From contig NW_018408382.1 in assembly GCF_002113885.1 (NCBI RefSeq), positions 127,693 through 191,692 of the forward strand: DNA of 64,000 nucleotides, in the 5' to 3' direction. The DNA is from Mizuhopecten yessoensis. Taxonomy: Eukaryota. How positions within the stretch are numbered: position 1 is the stretch's first letter; each line of letters opens with the position of its first letter. The position numbers and the translations under genes are program-made. Below, one piece after another: positions 23,871-36,917 of this stretch. Under the pieces are notes generated by a model, which made no database searches, was not told where the DNA came from, and saw only the letters and a program-made list of their open reading frames with translations.

Positions 23871-25592
23871 TTTGTATTCAAAATAAATCTGGCCTTTATT
23901 ATTGATACCAGACTGATGAATCTTATTCCAAATATAAGAAAGTAGCTGTTTTCCGTCTGAAAAATCCTGATTTTACCCAACTTTACGTTATTATTGTCAA
24001 ATTCGCAAAAGAAGGCACAAATCCATTTTCAAGTTCAAGTGCCTCGCAAGAAGCGAAAAAAGCTTCTTATTGAATGATTGTAGTAGTATATAATGTTCCA
24101 ATGTAGCATGTTCAGATTTATTACAACAGTCAATTGATTTTTCCGGAATAAAGGGCTATGAACTGTGTTTTGTTTATCCATTTTCTAGGTCACAAAGGTC
24201 AAAATTGTTACAGTCTTTTAACAATTTCTTTAGATTCTTGAGATTAAGTCTTCACATGAAATCAGCATTTGATTTACAAAAACTGTTTCAAGTCATCTTC
24301 GCAGTAGGATTAGCGGAACATTCTGACGGGTTTTAAGTAGATTTAGAGGTTAACTGGAGGTTTTTGTTTGTCCGCTAGCAAATCTTCAAATACATACAAA
24401 AGTAAATACGGCTACCCTCATTCGACAAATGAAACCAATCCTTCGAATCGCTTGTTTACTGAATTAGTTGCGGGGAGGTTTTTGGAAGAGCGTTGTTCTG
24501 TTAGAATAGTATGACACGCACGCGCATGACCTATCGTCCAATTTCCCATGGTTATTAACCAGCAAAAAGTGTCGTTAAATTGCAAACGTGGTAGAATTGT
24601 CCTTAAACTTGCTTATATGAAAGGCTGTCCAGTTTTCACAAATACACGTGCTAAACCCACTCCTGTACAGGAGTCAAATGTGTTAAAAAGTCCCAAACGA
24701 CTTATTCTGAAAGACTTTAAGGTCTAGATAATTAAAGGAACAGGTGAGAACGGGTTTGTCCAGCTGTGTTTGTATCTTGACGTGGATGGTTCTATGCTTT
24801 GTCTTTCAAACACGTCCTCTAACCATTCAGTTATATACTGTTTTGATCCGCCTTTTTTGGGAGCCGAAGTGGGGTTTAGCTTCATTTATACCAAGTATGA
24901 TTTTTTTCTCTCACGTTAATAGAACATTATTCCATTGATAACGTAACCGGGTTACCGCTTTTTAATATCGGTCTCAAACCCCTTTTAATTATCAACTTTT
25001 CTTTAAGTAAATGATAGTTTTGAGAGATCTAACGATGTTTTTGATCACCATTCCTCAATTTATAGGGATCAACGAATATTGCAGCTCGGGTGATTGTTGC
25101 CCTTAACACTTTTTGTTGCATAACTAACAACAACAATCAACAAGTATAAATCAAAGCGTTTATATATGCCACTTTATTTCTTTAACATTTCAAATATTTC
25201 TGTCTGCAATTTCGTCGAAATTTCTAAAAATAAAAAGGTATGATTATTGTACACAAACTTCAAAACATTTTCTTCAAGTAGGTAGATAAGTGTTATATAC
25301 AGGTTCATATAACTCAACCAGTTATAAATAATTATGTGCGATGTTTTGATGACTAGTACGATTTGTACTGTCACCTTCATCAGATAAATGACAAGTATAG
25401 CATATTTACACTTGTCAAATGTGTATGAGGCAATCGCCTAGACAAGTCGATTCACTTTAGTGTGCCACATGACGATCAAATCAACGTAGACAATATAATA
25501 AGTACATGATACAATGGAAAGGAAAACGAAAGAAACATTCTATTATGAACACCTAATTAAATGGATGGAATATATCACAACTATGTGAATTT

Positions 25593-26345
25593 CTAGTAAA
25601 TTTGGTAATCATTTTTGACCCGGACACTCTCATCAATAAAGACTAAAAAGTTCATTAAGCCATTACACTTACAGTTTTTATCTACACAGCAGGTGTATCC
25701 AGAATTACAGGTCAGGTCAGTGGTCACTTTCTCGTCATCATGACACACGTGGTCGGTAACAGGAAGTCGACACTTCCCGGGACCTGTAACTTCGAGTTGT
25801 CCAATCCTTGCCTCAACACCACAAGTACCATTTGGTATGCAGCATTTTCGGCTCCCGACGCATAACACGTTCCCAAGAAATAGGTGATTTCCTAGGTCGC
25901 ATTTACCGGAAGTGCAGTAGCCTGTACTTTCACACAGAGTTAAATTCAGCGGTGGAGCCGCTACAACTACCGTCTGGACACCAGTCAGAGTACCAGTATG
26001 GTCAATAGGCTTGACCACTGTAACGTGATATTTAATAATACTGATATTTTATTGAATTGTGATTATTTGCTATGGTTTATACATTATACAGGTATAATTG
26101 GTTACTTGTGAATATGTTTTTCTTGAATATCTAAGGATTCAATGAGCAGTCGTAACTTTTTACTCTAAAACGACGCAAATAATTTTCTATCGCTATGAAT
26201 GGCATCCTACCTGCAAGTGTTGGTTTTACTGCCGTGTGAGGGTGATGGTGTATGGCTGACTCGATACCTGCTGCTGCAAGACCAGTCCCAGCGGCTACGC
26301 CCAGACCAGCTCCTATTGTTTCAGCTGCAGTTCCTGCAAATAACC
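25593..26345 (-). pseudogene. Big-defensin-like copy B: intact exon 3 plus 5'-truncated exon 2
   Basis: Exon 3 (25593-26017) keeps all 13 Cys of copy A and reads on into a C-terminal extension. 26211-26345 encodes FAGTAAETIGAGLGVAAGTGLAAAGIESAIHHHPHTAVKPTLA with donor G|GTAGGA. The signal peptide part is absent. Confidence 0.8.
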
Positions 26346-26559
26346 GAACAATGATCTTTTCCTGAGCAAATCAGCCAGGAGTCTCTTTTATGTTTATTTC
26401 ATTATAACGGTATTTGAACATGACAGATATACGTGCATTTACAATTTCATTTCGCAAAATAATAGATAATTATGCATGTTAAAGTAAAAGCCACAATGTA
26501 AATAGGTATGACTCATCTGCATGTTTATTCAAATTATTTACACGCTGGCTTTGTTTGAC

Positions 26560-28480
26560 AAAACCGCTTTCTTAAACTTACTCTTACTGATTTTAGGTCT
26601 GACAACATATCTCGGACACATTGCAGTGCCCTTTGAAAGTGATCGCTTTTGTCAACCTGGCAATCTCCACTATTTCTGTACAGGAAAGACCCATTACTTG
26701 TGCCTCTGAGGTCGAAGCTGCCCTTGTAACATGATCACTGAACTCATGTGCATCAGGTCTAGCTAGGCCCAAGAGTCTTACCAACCAACCTGCAACAGCC
26801 TAGCTACCAATGGTTTGTGTGGATCAACGTAGCGCAACAGGCGCTGGTGCCAAACAGTAATCAAACATTTCCTCCGTTGTTAGAATTCTCTAAGTAGCAT
26901 TTGAGGACTTTGACTACACAGATCTCAGGTCCCGCCTTCAACGTCTGGAATAACCCCTGCAAAGGGGGCTGGCCCTTTTTAGCGATTTTAAAATCGAAAT
27001 ATTCATCAGCTTCTGACAAGTAACGTTTGTCCATCGCACACAGTTCGAAGGATCTGCTGGCTGAATCGAAGACCAAAAGAATATTATTTTCAGTGTCAAC
27101 ATTTCATCAGTCAACGATTGATTAGAACCGATATCTTTCGTATAATCCAACATCATATTCTCATCCCAGGTGGCCACATCACAGAGAAGTAGGGTCTTGT
27201 ACATATCATCAAAAAAGGAATTGCGGATCAACGACAGTTCAATGTCCTATAACTATAACTATCCCGTTTCTAAAAGCATTCTGACAAATAATTTACAATC
27301 TCTATCGTTCTAAAACTTCGTCTGACAAATCCATCCATCAACTCCTCCAGAGATACTATGGCCTGGTATGATTTGTGGACTAAAAGTAACTGTATCTGTG
27401 ACAATTTTTTAATATCGATAATGGAGGGATGCTGGAGTGATGATGTCAAATGATCCAATATTTTTTCCAACTGTCTGGCAGGTGTTTCTCTCAGGACTAC
27501 TGTTGTCTGACATTTCTTTCTGTGTGGCAGCGACAGACATCTCTACCGAGGTGACAAGGTACCCTAAAACTCTATTATGTGAGGGCACATACAAACTTCG
27601 CCCAGTTTACGAAGAAGCCAAGACGGTCTAATTACAATGCAAACCAATTGAGATTCCTCAACAACCCTTGCTGACACTGATTGAGGACTATCATACCCTC
27701 CAGGTTAGTTACCGGTGTTATTCCAAGACGTCTTTGAAAGGGGTTTACGAGTTGGATGAAGAGTCGAGGAGCAGGGAGGCACTGCTTGGAACTCGCACCA
27801 TGTGTTCCCCCAAACAAACTTTAGAAATTCCCTGTGACTGAGGAAAACAGACATTGTAAAGTAGATATCTTTCAAATCCAATTTTATCGTAGGTCCCCTT
27901 TCTCATCGGAGAATTGTGAGATTTGTTATGCCTCCATCGTGTAATGTTAACATACCACTGGGCTGAAAAACTACTGGCCACAATCAGCTACTAGTTTGAT
28001 TACTTGTTTCTCTTACATACCCACTATCTCCAAGGAGTTTGCATCCATGTTTGTTGTAGGAAATGACCTCTGCACTGGAGGTTGTAAAAGAGGTATCTTA
28101 ATGACAATGTATATATCAAACAGGTTTTGTGTAAGCAATTATCAGTTACTTTAACCGTCATCCTAATTGAAAGTTGACTTACAGCCCAGCATTGTCACCG
28201 CCTAGTAAACCAGATTTTGATCGATCGATTTTTTTGATGGCTCTGGCAAGAGGTTTTGTACGCCGCTTGTTGCACTATACCTTCCTTACCATTGTTGACT
28301 TTGAAGGTGACCGACTTACCTTTTTTCTTTTCCAGTTGGCCAATGTCTTTTCAATGAGAGCATTATCAGGGATGAACTCTGAGAGCTTTTCCCTACACAG
28401 GTGATCTCGTCTAAATCTTATGTATTTGCAAATTTGTTTCGAATTGCCTATTCTAGCACGGAAATCGTGAATATGCATAA
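26560..28480 (-). mobile_element. Degenerate DIRS-type (tyrosine recombinase) retroelement remnant
   Basis: Frameshifted fragments WDENMMLDY..NQSLTDEMLTLK, ASRSFELCAMD and FSDHVTRAASTSEA resemble DIRS YR motifs. Boundaries are approximate. Confidence 0.7.
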
Positions 28481-28929
28481 CGATATCTTAATGAGGTTTG
28501 CGAAATGAAATCGGATTAATTAAGCATTTTGGATCAACATTTTATGGGGAAATATTGCTTTGGGTTTATATAGTGCTTTACAGTTAATAAAATATCGTTG
28601 TCAGTTTAGATGTATGGCGTGATTAGAGGGTATACTTATATTCCAAAAAGGACACATGAATATTGGAGGAAAAGGACATCTTTCAATATTTCAATGCTGT
28701 ACAATTTCCAATAAAATTAATGTAACATAATTTTGTTTGTTACTATAATACTATTGTTTCTTGTTCGGAATTACAATGTGTACCGAAAGTGGTATTTTTG
28801 ACAATAAGATTACACAATCCTTTGTCCATTTTACTCTTAGTATGAATATTTCAATGTCAGTTGGTATGATATTATACATTATTAAACTTTATCGAATAAA
28901 GCTTGTATCATCAACTTGATGCAATTGAA

Positions 28930-29214
28930 TAAACTATTTCAACGTATAAAATGTGCAAGTGTTTGTTGCAATGTTTTTACTGTCATCACCCCCTCTGGAG
29001 GTGCTACTTGCATCGATACCTGCAGCAAGACCAGCGCCCAAACTTGCTCCTATTGCAGTTTCAGCTGCAGTTCCTGCAAAAGCCCTCCGAGCAAGGATTC
29101 AAGCAAAAAAGCAAACTGTCTCCTTTGCTTCTGCTCCGTTTCGTCTTTTGCCAGGGTTACACTAAGTATGGCTGCCACTAAGCACAGAGTAATGGTCTGT
29201 TTCCTCATCGTTTT
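28930..29214 (-). pseudogene. Big-defensin-like copy C: exon 2 with a frameshift and lost donor
   Basis: ATG at 29208 gives MRKQTITLCLVAAILSVTLAKDETEQKQRRQFAFLLESLLGGL. A 1-nt deletion in a T run follows; the restored frame reads FAGTAAETAIGASLGAGLAAG. The paralogous CTTGCA|GGTAGG donor region reads CTTGCACATTT. Confidence 0.75.
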
Positions 29215-32088
29215 CTGAAAAAACAGAACAGCGAAAATCAAAGGTGAGGTCAACATTTGGCCCCCACTTTGATTTCTTTTATTCTTTTGCCATATGTAGA
29301 TACAAAAAATTTATCAATAATTGCATAAATAATTATTCATAATTACTACTGATAGCCGTAGTGAACCTCCTTGTATAACAGCAGGTTGAGTATTGGTATA
29401 CATGGAGTAAGCGTAGCGAAACTTATAATTAGAAAAACATACAAATTTTCACCACATTTAAATTATAACCAATATTGTAAACTTGCCTATATATAGTTAT
29501 AATGGTAGTCTATATTTCAAACTTTCCATACATATATTATCTCTACAGAATCATTTTTATGTAATATAAAAACCGGTAAAGTACTTTGTGAGCATGCCAA
29601 ACAAGATCAATGCCCAGTTTAACATAATCATGGAGATTTGAGTATCAATGTTAATTATGGTAAATAACGTCACATGTTCTGTTCTTGTATCATACCAAAT
29701 CACTTTATTATATTACGCATGTTTTAAAGTTATGTGCAGCAGTAAGAACTCATAAATATGTATCCTGCCAAAGTAATCTTTCCTCCGGAGAGTTACTTAA
29801 GGTTGACATTGACATATAGACAAAGATATGCAATTATAAAAAAAAAAACAATAAAATAATCTTAATAGTAAAACTATTTTACACTTTATTATACCCCCCG
29901 CAACGAATCAGCTTGTCTGTCCGTCTTTCTGTCCGTAGAAAAAAATGTCCGGACAACTTCTTCTAAAGAAATGGACCAATTTCCACGTAATTTCTTTTTC
30001 AGTCTGACCCTTTTTTTCCGGAGAAATGGCCCTTTGTTGAAAATACTTGTCCTCCACAACTCCTCCAAAACTATGGGGCCAATTTCAACGGAAGTTTACA
30101 GATATGGTAACTGCCCCCTGACATTGTGCATCCAAGTAGTATGTTTTCATTCCGACCCTTTAAAAATGAGTTGTGGCCCTTTGTTGAAAAATTCTTTGTC
30201 CGCCTCATGAACTACTGAGCCGATTTCAATGAAAGTTTACAGATAGGGTAATAACAGGAAGTATGCCAGTGACATATATACTTAAATAATTGCTGGTGGG
30301 AGAATATGGATTGATTTGAAATGCTTTGCTTTCGTTAGCCTTTAGCTTACAGATCTGGTTAATATAGGAACGGGGATATTGCTCATTCATTATATGACAA
30401 AATATGAAAGAATATTATTTTACATCGTTAACTCTAAACAAATAAAGCAAGGAAAGATATACTTGTCTTAGTCCCCATACAAAAACAATATTTTAGCACA
30501 TATGATTTTTGTGACCTTGAACGAAGATCAAGGTCATCAACGTTTACAAAACTTCAATCCATTCACATGAACAACCTACTTGCCAAATATCAAGCCTCAA
30601 GGACCTTTGGTCATGAAGAAACACAAGTTAAAGAAAAAGTGGAAAGAAAACTTATTTTGAATCAAAAGTGTTATATGACAAATTTACCGGTTGTCAATAT
30701 TTTTGAAATTCCTGATGTTGAAAGATATAACAAGTATGAAAAATAGACTCGGTTTAGAACTATGTATGTTAACGTGTCAAAAATGGAAATTCTCTCACAT
30801 ATTTTTCTGCTTTAATCTTCAATAAAAAGAACACTTCTTTCTTGACACACGATGATTATATAATTTTATAGTAATTGTGTTATTTAAATGCTCTTGGAGG
30901 AATTATATTACCGCACTTTTAACACCCACACAGGTGTAAGTCAATGAGGTCCCATTTATCATAAAATGAATTCTGGAACTAACTGTTCTTGATTTAAGCT
31001 TCCTAAACCCATACCTTTTTGGATTTATCTTGTTTTGAAATTCCAAGCGGGGCCGACGATAATGTTAAATCTCCATAGGCGTTGACTGTACCTTTCGCTA
31101 GAACATGTGGTTGGTGCGTCATTGTTAGCACTTCTTAGTTTTCCTTTTTCTTCCTTTTCAAAACCCCGTCCACACTTAATGACCATCTGAATTGTTAAAT
31201 ACTACTCAAATGTGACCACTCCTACCACATTGCTGTACACATAGCGAAAAAAGTGTGCATTGAAAGGAGGTGTTATCGTGTGCTTTAAAACTTTTAATAA
31301 ATAAGATTTTCGACCAATTACGAGATGTTTGTGTAACTGTCATTTGAAGTCGAGTTTACTGCCACCGGCGATCTCTTGTTGACAAAAATGATCTGATTAC
31401 CTATGCTTACGTCGGCAGCTGGAAAGTAAGAGGCATTGGGTGACAATACTCTAAACCATTAATGCGAAATTACCGAAAAACAAATAAAAGCAAAACTAAA
31501 CACCAATATGATCCAAAGCTACGGAAATTTATAAGAAAAAAATGTTTTCACAATTATGTCAACTTTTGTATCTGAATAATATAACTTTTACATGACAACA
31601 AAATGTTTTGCATATGATACACTTAAACTTATCAAGAATAAAGATGGATTTTCACTGAAATAATATAAGACATTATTCCTTTTACTGGATGAACCAGTCT
31701 AGGGCAGCGTATTCTGGCCACTACATAGATACGTTTATCTTGTACGTAAAACATACTATCTTGTACGTACAACTTATGATACGGGGATCCTAAAGCTGCA
31801 AAAAAATATGTGCTGAATGGAGATAACATGAGAGTAATGTTAGATAGAAATATACATACACTTGTATGTTATTTAGTTTGCAGTGTCAACTAAACAACAT
31901 TTTGAAAAGCATCAGAGGGTAATATTTTTCACCACACCCTATATTATTTCCATTGCATACCTTATACTGATAAATCTTTTGTGTTGCAGTTATTGTTTTC
32001 CGCAAAATAATACAAGATATACCACTGAGGTTACTTCTATGCATTACCTGCTTAAACGAATCTAAAATTGTGACAGAACAATACTCAC

Positions 32089-32420
32089 TGTATACACGTA
32101 ATCCTTCTACTAAATCGTCGTTCTGTCGTCTAAATTTGAGGTTTTTGCCCTTCGCCTCGCTTTATATAATACTAAAAAGGAAGAGAAAATTGACATCTGC
32201 GAGATAATTTAAAACGTTCGAAACATAACCATCTGTGAATGTGTTTGTACTTCCATGGCCATTACATATTAAAAAACTAAAGTATTGTTCTGTGTACGAT
32301 AATGTTGGGAATACAACCATATGCAAAAGGGCTCATACTTCCTTGACAACTTGTTGTTTTTGATTTTGTTTTCGACGCGAATAAGACTATGAAAGGGTTC
32401 TTAACTATTTCATAGCGGTA
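32089..32420 (-). promoter_or_regulatory. TATA promoter and non-coding exon 1 of copy C
   Basis: Minus-strand TATATAAA at 32161-32168 and donor ACA|GTGAGT at 32087-32088; aligns with the copy A promoter. Confidence 0.65.
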
Positions 32421-32799
32421 AGGGTCACAATGAAAAAAAAAAGAAATTAAATGAAAATCAGGAATTAAATTAGAAATATGTCTGATTGCATTATTTGCAT
32501 CATTATTTATCTGGACCTATTCACTATACGTTTGTATTCGGAGATAAAAAAAAAATCACAAAGACAGTTGTACGTTTGAATAGTTCCATAATATTGACAA
32601 ATTATGAAGTAAATCAGTAATTTTAGTGCAAAAATGCAAAGGCGGCGCTTCTTTTGAGAGTTCGTTAATTAAATTACATTGGTAGGTTTAAAACCACTGC
32701 CAGATCACTTTCGTTTCCAATTACAATTTTAATAATCATTCCATTATTTTTTCATGCTGAAAGAAAGCACACGTGTTGCTTTTATTAAAGAAAGATAGA

Positions 32800-34030
32800 C
32801 TTTTCCTTTAAAACGCTACTTGTCCTTAACGGCAAAAAAGATTTTAACTAAATTTGGTCTGGAGCATTCTCCTACCGTAGGGATTAAGGGATTTTATGCT
32901 TATTTAGTCTGGAGCATTCTTGAGCCAAGGGGACTTAATTTTGAATAAACGGTGGGTGTGGCCCTCCTCGGGGCAGAGCGGCTGGCCCAATAGGGGAAAT
33001 AGAGGTAAAACCTTAAAAATCCTTCTTCTACCATAGGGATTAAGGGATTTCGTCGCAATTTAGTCTGGAGCATCCTTGGGCCCAGGGGACTCAATTTGTA
33101 TAAACAGTGGGTGTGGCCCCCCTGGGGGCAGAGGGGCGGGGCCCAATAGAGGAAATAGCGGTAAAACCCTTTAAAGTCCTTCTTCTACCGTAGGGATTTA
33201 AACATTTTATTCTTATTTAGTCTGGAGCTTCATTGGGCCACTGGGACTCAATTTTGTATTAACGGTGTGTGTGCCCCTCCTTAGAGTAGAGGGGCGGGAC
33301 CCCATAGGGGAAATAGAGTTAAAACCTTTAAAATCCTTCTTCTACGGTAGGGATTAAGGGATTGTATCCCTATTTAGTCTGGAGCATCCTTGGGCCAAGG
33401 GGACTCAATTTTTTTATAAATGGTGAATGTGGCCCCCATTGGGGCTCAGGAGCTGGGCCCAAAAGGGGAATCATAGCAAATTCTTCAAAATTCTTCTTCT
33501 TCTGTAGGAATGACAGGATTTTGTCCATATTTAGTACGCAGAATCCTTAGGTAAAGGGGAACCAATTTTGTATAAACGATGGGTCTGACCCCCCTGGGGG
33601 CAGAGAGGCGCGGCCAAATAAGGGATATAGAGGAATAACTTTAATTTCCTTTTTCTTCCGTTGGGATGAGGGTATTTTGACCAAATTTGAACAGTAGCAT
33701 CATATTTGGAAGGGAAATCAATTTGTATAAATGGTGGGTTTGGACTCCCTGGGGCCAGAAGGGCGGGCCCCTATAGGGGAAACATAACAAATTCTCCAAA
33801 ATCCTTCTTCTACTATAGGATTGTCAGGATTTTGATTAAATTTGGGATGAAGCACCCTTGGGTGAAGGGGAACCAATTTTGTATAAACGGTGGGTCTGAC
33901 CCCCCTTTTGGCAGAGAGGCAGGACCATAGAGGAAAAATAGCTTTTAAATCCTTCTTCTTCTGTAGGAATGACATGATTATGTCCATATTTGGTCTAAAT
34001 CATCCTTGGGTGAGCGATACAGGCCCTCAA
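32800..34030 (+). mobile_element. Helentron-derived (HINE) element with an internal ~160-bp satellite-like array
   Basis: About 7-8 diverged units containing TTTAGTCTGGAGCATC and AAATCCTTCTTCT; ends in GGTGAGCGATACAGGCCCTC, typical of the 3' end of these elements. Confidence 0.75.
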
Positions 34031-35094
34031 TATTTCTTTACTAATGTATTTTTGATTTGATTTCATATCTTGTTAACCATATTTTCTGATAGTTCATTCG
34101 GTTAAATAACCTGCATTGTGCACCTTCTTGTATAGTCTTTCTCAACTTTGACATTACTCACGTTAATATGAGTAACACTACGGATTGTCAAACATGATTA
34201 TGGTTGCCTTGGACATAGGAATACCTACAGTAAATGGAACATTTCTAGATTTTTTCATTTTGAGTCTAACCAGTTTTTGTTAGATAAATAGCAACATCAT
34301 AGATGAAACATATACCAACTATTTCTAGAAATTTTGCTGTAAAGCTGATAGTTGAGATTATAACTCGCCAATTGACATCATATTGCAAATAAGTGCGACT
34401 TTTTAGATATTCTTTTCGGTTATTCGAAACTAGACTTTTATAACTTACACAATTGTACGAAAAAGTTATACACATATAGGTATAAATAGTGTAGGCACCA
34501 TTATTATTCAATGTCCTCAATATGTTTACACCAAAGTCGTTCTATTTTTGACATATCACAGTTTACTAACTTGAACTCCTGTCTTTGATAATTACAGAGA
34601 TTGCAATTTATTTTACTCCTACCCATGCTAGATATAACACCAAGGCTGTAATTTGTGTTCGAAAAGAAAGCGTTTCTTACCCTCTAAAGTATCTATTTAA
34701 TCTAAATGAAACATCAAAGAAGCATATTTCACTAATTGACATATTCATTAATCCCGTGTATTTTTTAACGAACCCCAATCCGTACTTTTTAACGATTAAT
34801 TTTCTGACATGTGTGACTTGCCGAATTATATGTATTTATTTACAAGCACCCAAATTTGTGGAACAGGACTAAAAAATAATTGGAACATACAGAAGTTATC
34901 AGTTAATATCAAACGGTATCCAAACATAATTATTGTAATTTTTGTTTTTCATTAATATAATCGTTATTGTCAATACTGATCTCATCGCCATAAAACCTAG
35001 TAAAATAATCGCAAGTGTCCAAACTCCAATGTATATATATGCGGTTCGAAAATTTTCTGATACCATTTAAAATTATCAAGGAAGTAGAAACACT

Positions 35095-35353
35095 CTACAT
35101 ATGGTTGTATTCCAAACGTTACCGCCCACAAATGGATATAGAACAGAAGGATACTGTTTCTGTAGTGCACGGGATTGGTAATGGTCAAGGTAGTACAAAC
35201 ACATAAACAGATGGTTTTATTTCGAACGTGTTTACGAGCACTTTATCTCGAGGATGTCAACTTTCTCTTCCTTTTAAATACTATATAAAGCGAAAATAAG
35301 AGAATTGACGTCAGACTGAGACGACGCTTTTAGTGAGAGAAATACGTTATACA
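35095..35353 (+). promoter_or_regulatory. TATA promoter and non-coding exon 1 of copy D
   Basis: TATATAAA at 35282-35289, TCAG initiator-like site at ~35311 and donor ACA|GTAAGT at 35354. CATATGGTTGTATTCC at 35098-35113 is shared with the other two promoters. Confidence 0.7.
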
Positions 35354-36318
35354 GTAAGTTTTGTACTACCATGCTCTATTGTACGTTTAAGGGGGTAATG
35401 AATAGAGAGACTTTAATGATGCATCTTGCGCTATTTTAATGAGAGAGAAAACAAGACTATATTTACTGCAACACAAGACTTTAACAATGAAAGGAATATA
35501 ATGAGAAGTCTATATATAATTATGTGAAAAATAACACATACAAAAACTGTTTTTACTTACACAATTTCCCAGCAGAATGCAGAATACATGTACTTAAAGA
35601 TTACACATAATTTTCATTGTATAACTATCATTGTTATCCCTTTACGAGACTTGTACTTTATGTTTTGTTTCGTGACATTGTTGGCAAAAAGTAGTGTTTT
35701 TGTGTGTTAGATTAGATATTAGATATTATATATGTGTATTAGATATGAAATCAGAAACATCAAATGTGCTATGTGATAACTCATTCATATGTTAATTGAT
35801 TTCTGTTATTTTTAATTCAAAGCAGATTATAATTTTATGATAAACAAGCATATATACATTGTCTGAAACGGAAAAAATATTCAATGTCTTTTAAACACTT
35901 TTAACAACATTCTAGTTATTTTGTAACTGTAACCATCTTCCTTTTTACTCTCCAGCCTTTTTGCATCCAGTCGGTACTCTTCGTTTTCGTGAATTGTATA
36001 TATTAAAGAAGTATTTGATTTTTACCTTAATTTCTTCATTATAAGTACACAAATGTAGCTAGGAATAAGGAACAATAATTATTTACTACTGGTGTATTGA
36101 GAAAGGAAGTATAATGGCTAAATGCTCTTATCGTCATTTTTTTTAAAACGGTGTCTGGTTGGGAAACGAATACAAGATACAGTCAATAGAAATTGCGACA
36201 ATATAATTACAAAAGATACCCATCTCTTTGATTAGGTAACATAATGTTACTATACTTCCTTATATTTTCGTCAATTGCATTATGTAAGTATTTATATTGT
36301 CAATATTTTAAAACAAAG

Positions 36319-36495
36319 CGTAGCCGAACCGACTTGATAGTTATTCTGCACATTAAAGTGTAGCCGAACCGGCTTGATAGTAATTCTGCATATTAAAATG
36401 TAGCCGAACCGACTTGATTATAGTTTTTCACATTAAAGTGAAGCCTAACCGACTTGATTGTAATTTTGCACATTAAAGTGTAGCTGTACCGACTT
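36319..36495. repeat. ~39-40-bp tandem repeat (4-5 copies) in intron 1 of copy D
   Basis: Unit GTAGCCGAACCGACTTGATAGTTATTCTGCACATTAAAGT. Confidence 0.85.
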
Positions 36496-36917
36496 GTTAA
36501 TTTCATGGTCATCTCATATGCTTTACTGGTCATTTTTTCTAATTAGTCATCGAAACGTCACACAAACTTTTAGCAATCTACTAGTGTATTATCCCTACCA
36601 CAGCATAATGACAAATTATCAAGGGTAATTCCGCGTAAATTAATTGACATATTGCTTTTCGACAATTAGAGGTGTAAGTTTTCAAAGCTGGCAATGAAAA
36701 TGTTTAAGAACTTTCCCTAATACATGTTTTTTCGCTATGTACATACAGCAGTGTGATAAGAGTAGTCACGTATGGCTAGTAATTCAGGTGGAATTGTAGA
36801 GGGAGAGTGTTTTTAAAAAATCTGACAAGGTCAAAGGTTACTAAAATATGATAACAAAGGGATTAAAATATTCAAGCAAAAAAAGTTTAATCCCATTGAT
36901 TTTATTACAGAAAAAAG

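Noticed and set aside
24600-25000. Coding-like minus-strand stretch (ITEWLEDVFERQSIEPSTS)
   Set aside because: Interrupted by stops; probably an old transposon fragment, but the family cannot be supported.
31026-31187. 53-codon minus-strand ORF after an AG in intron 1 of copy C
   Set aside because: No similarity to the paralogs or to any recognisable protein.
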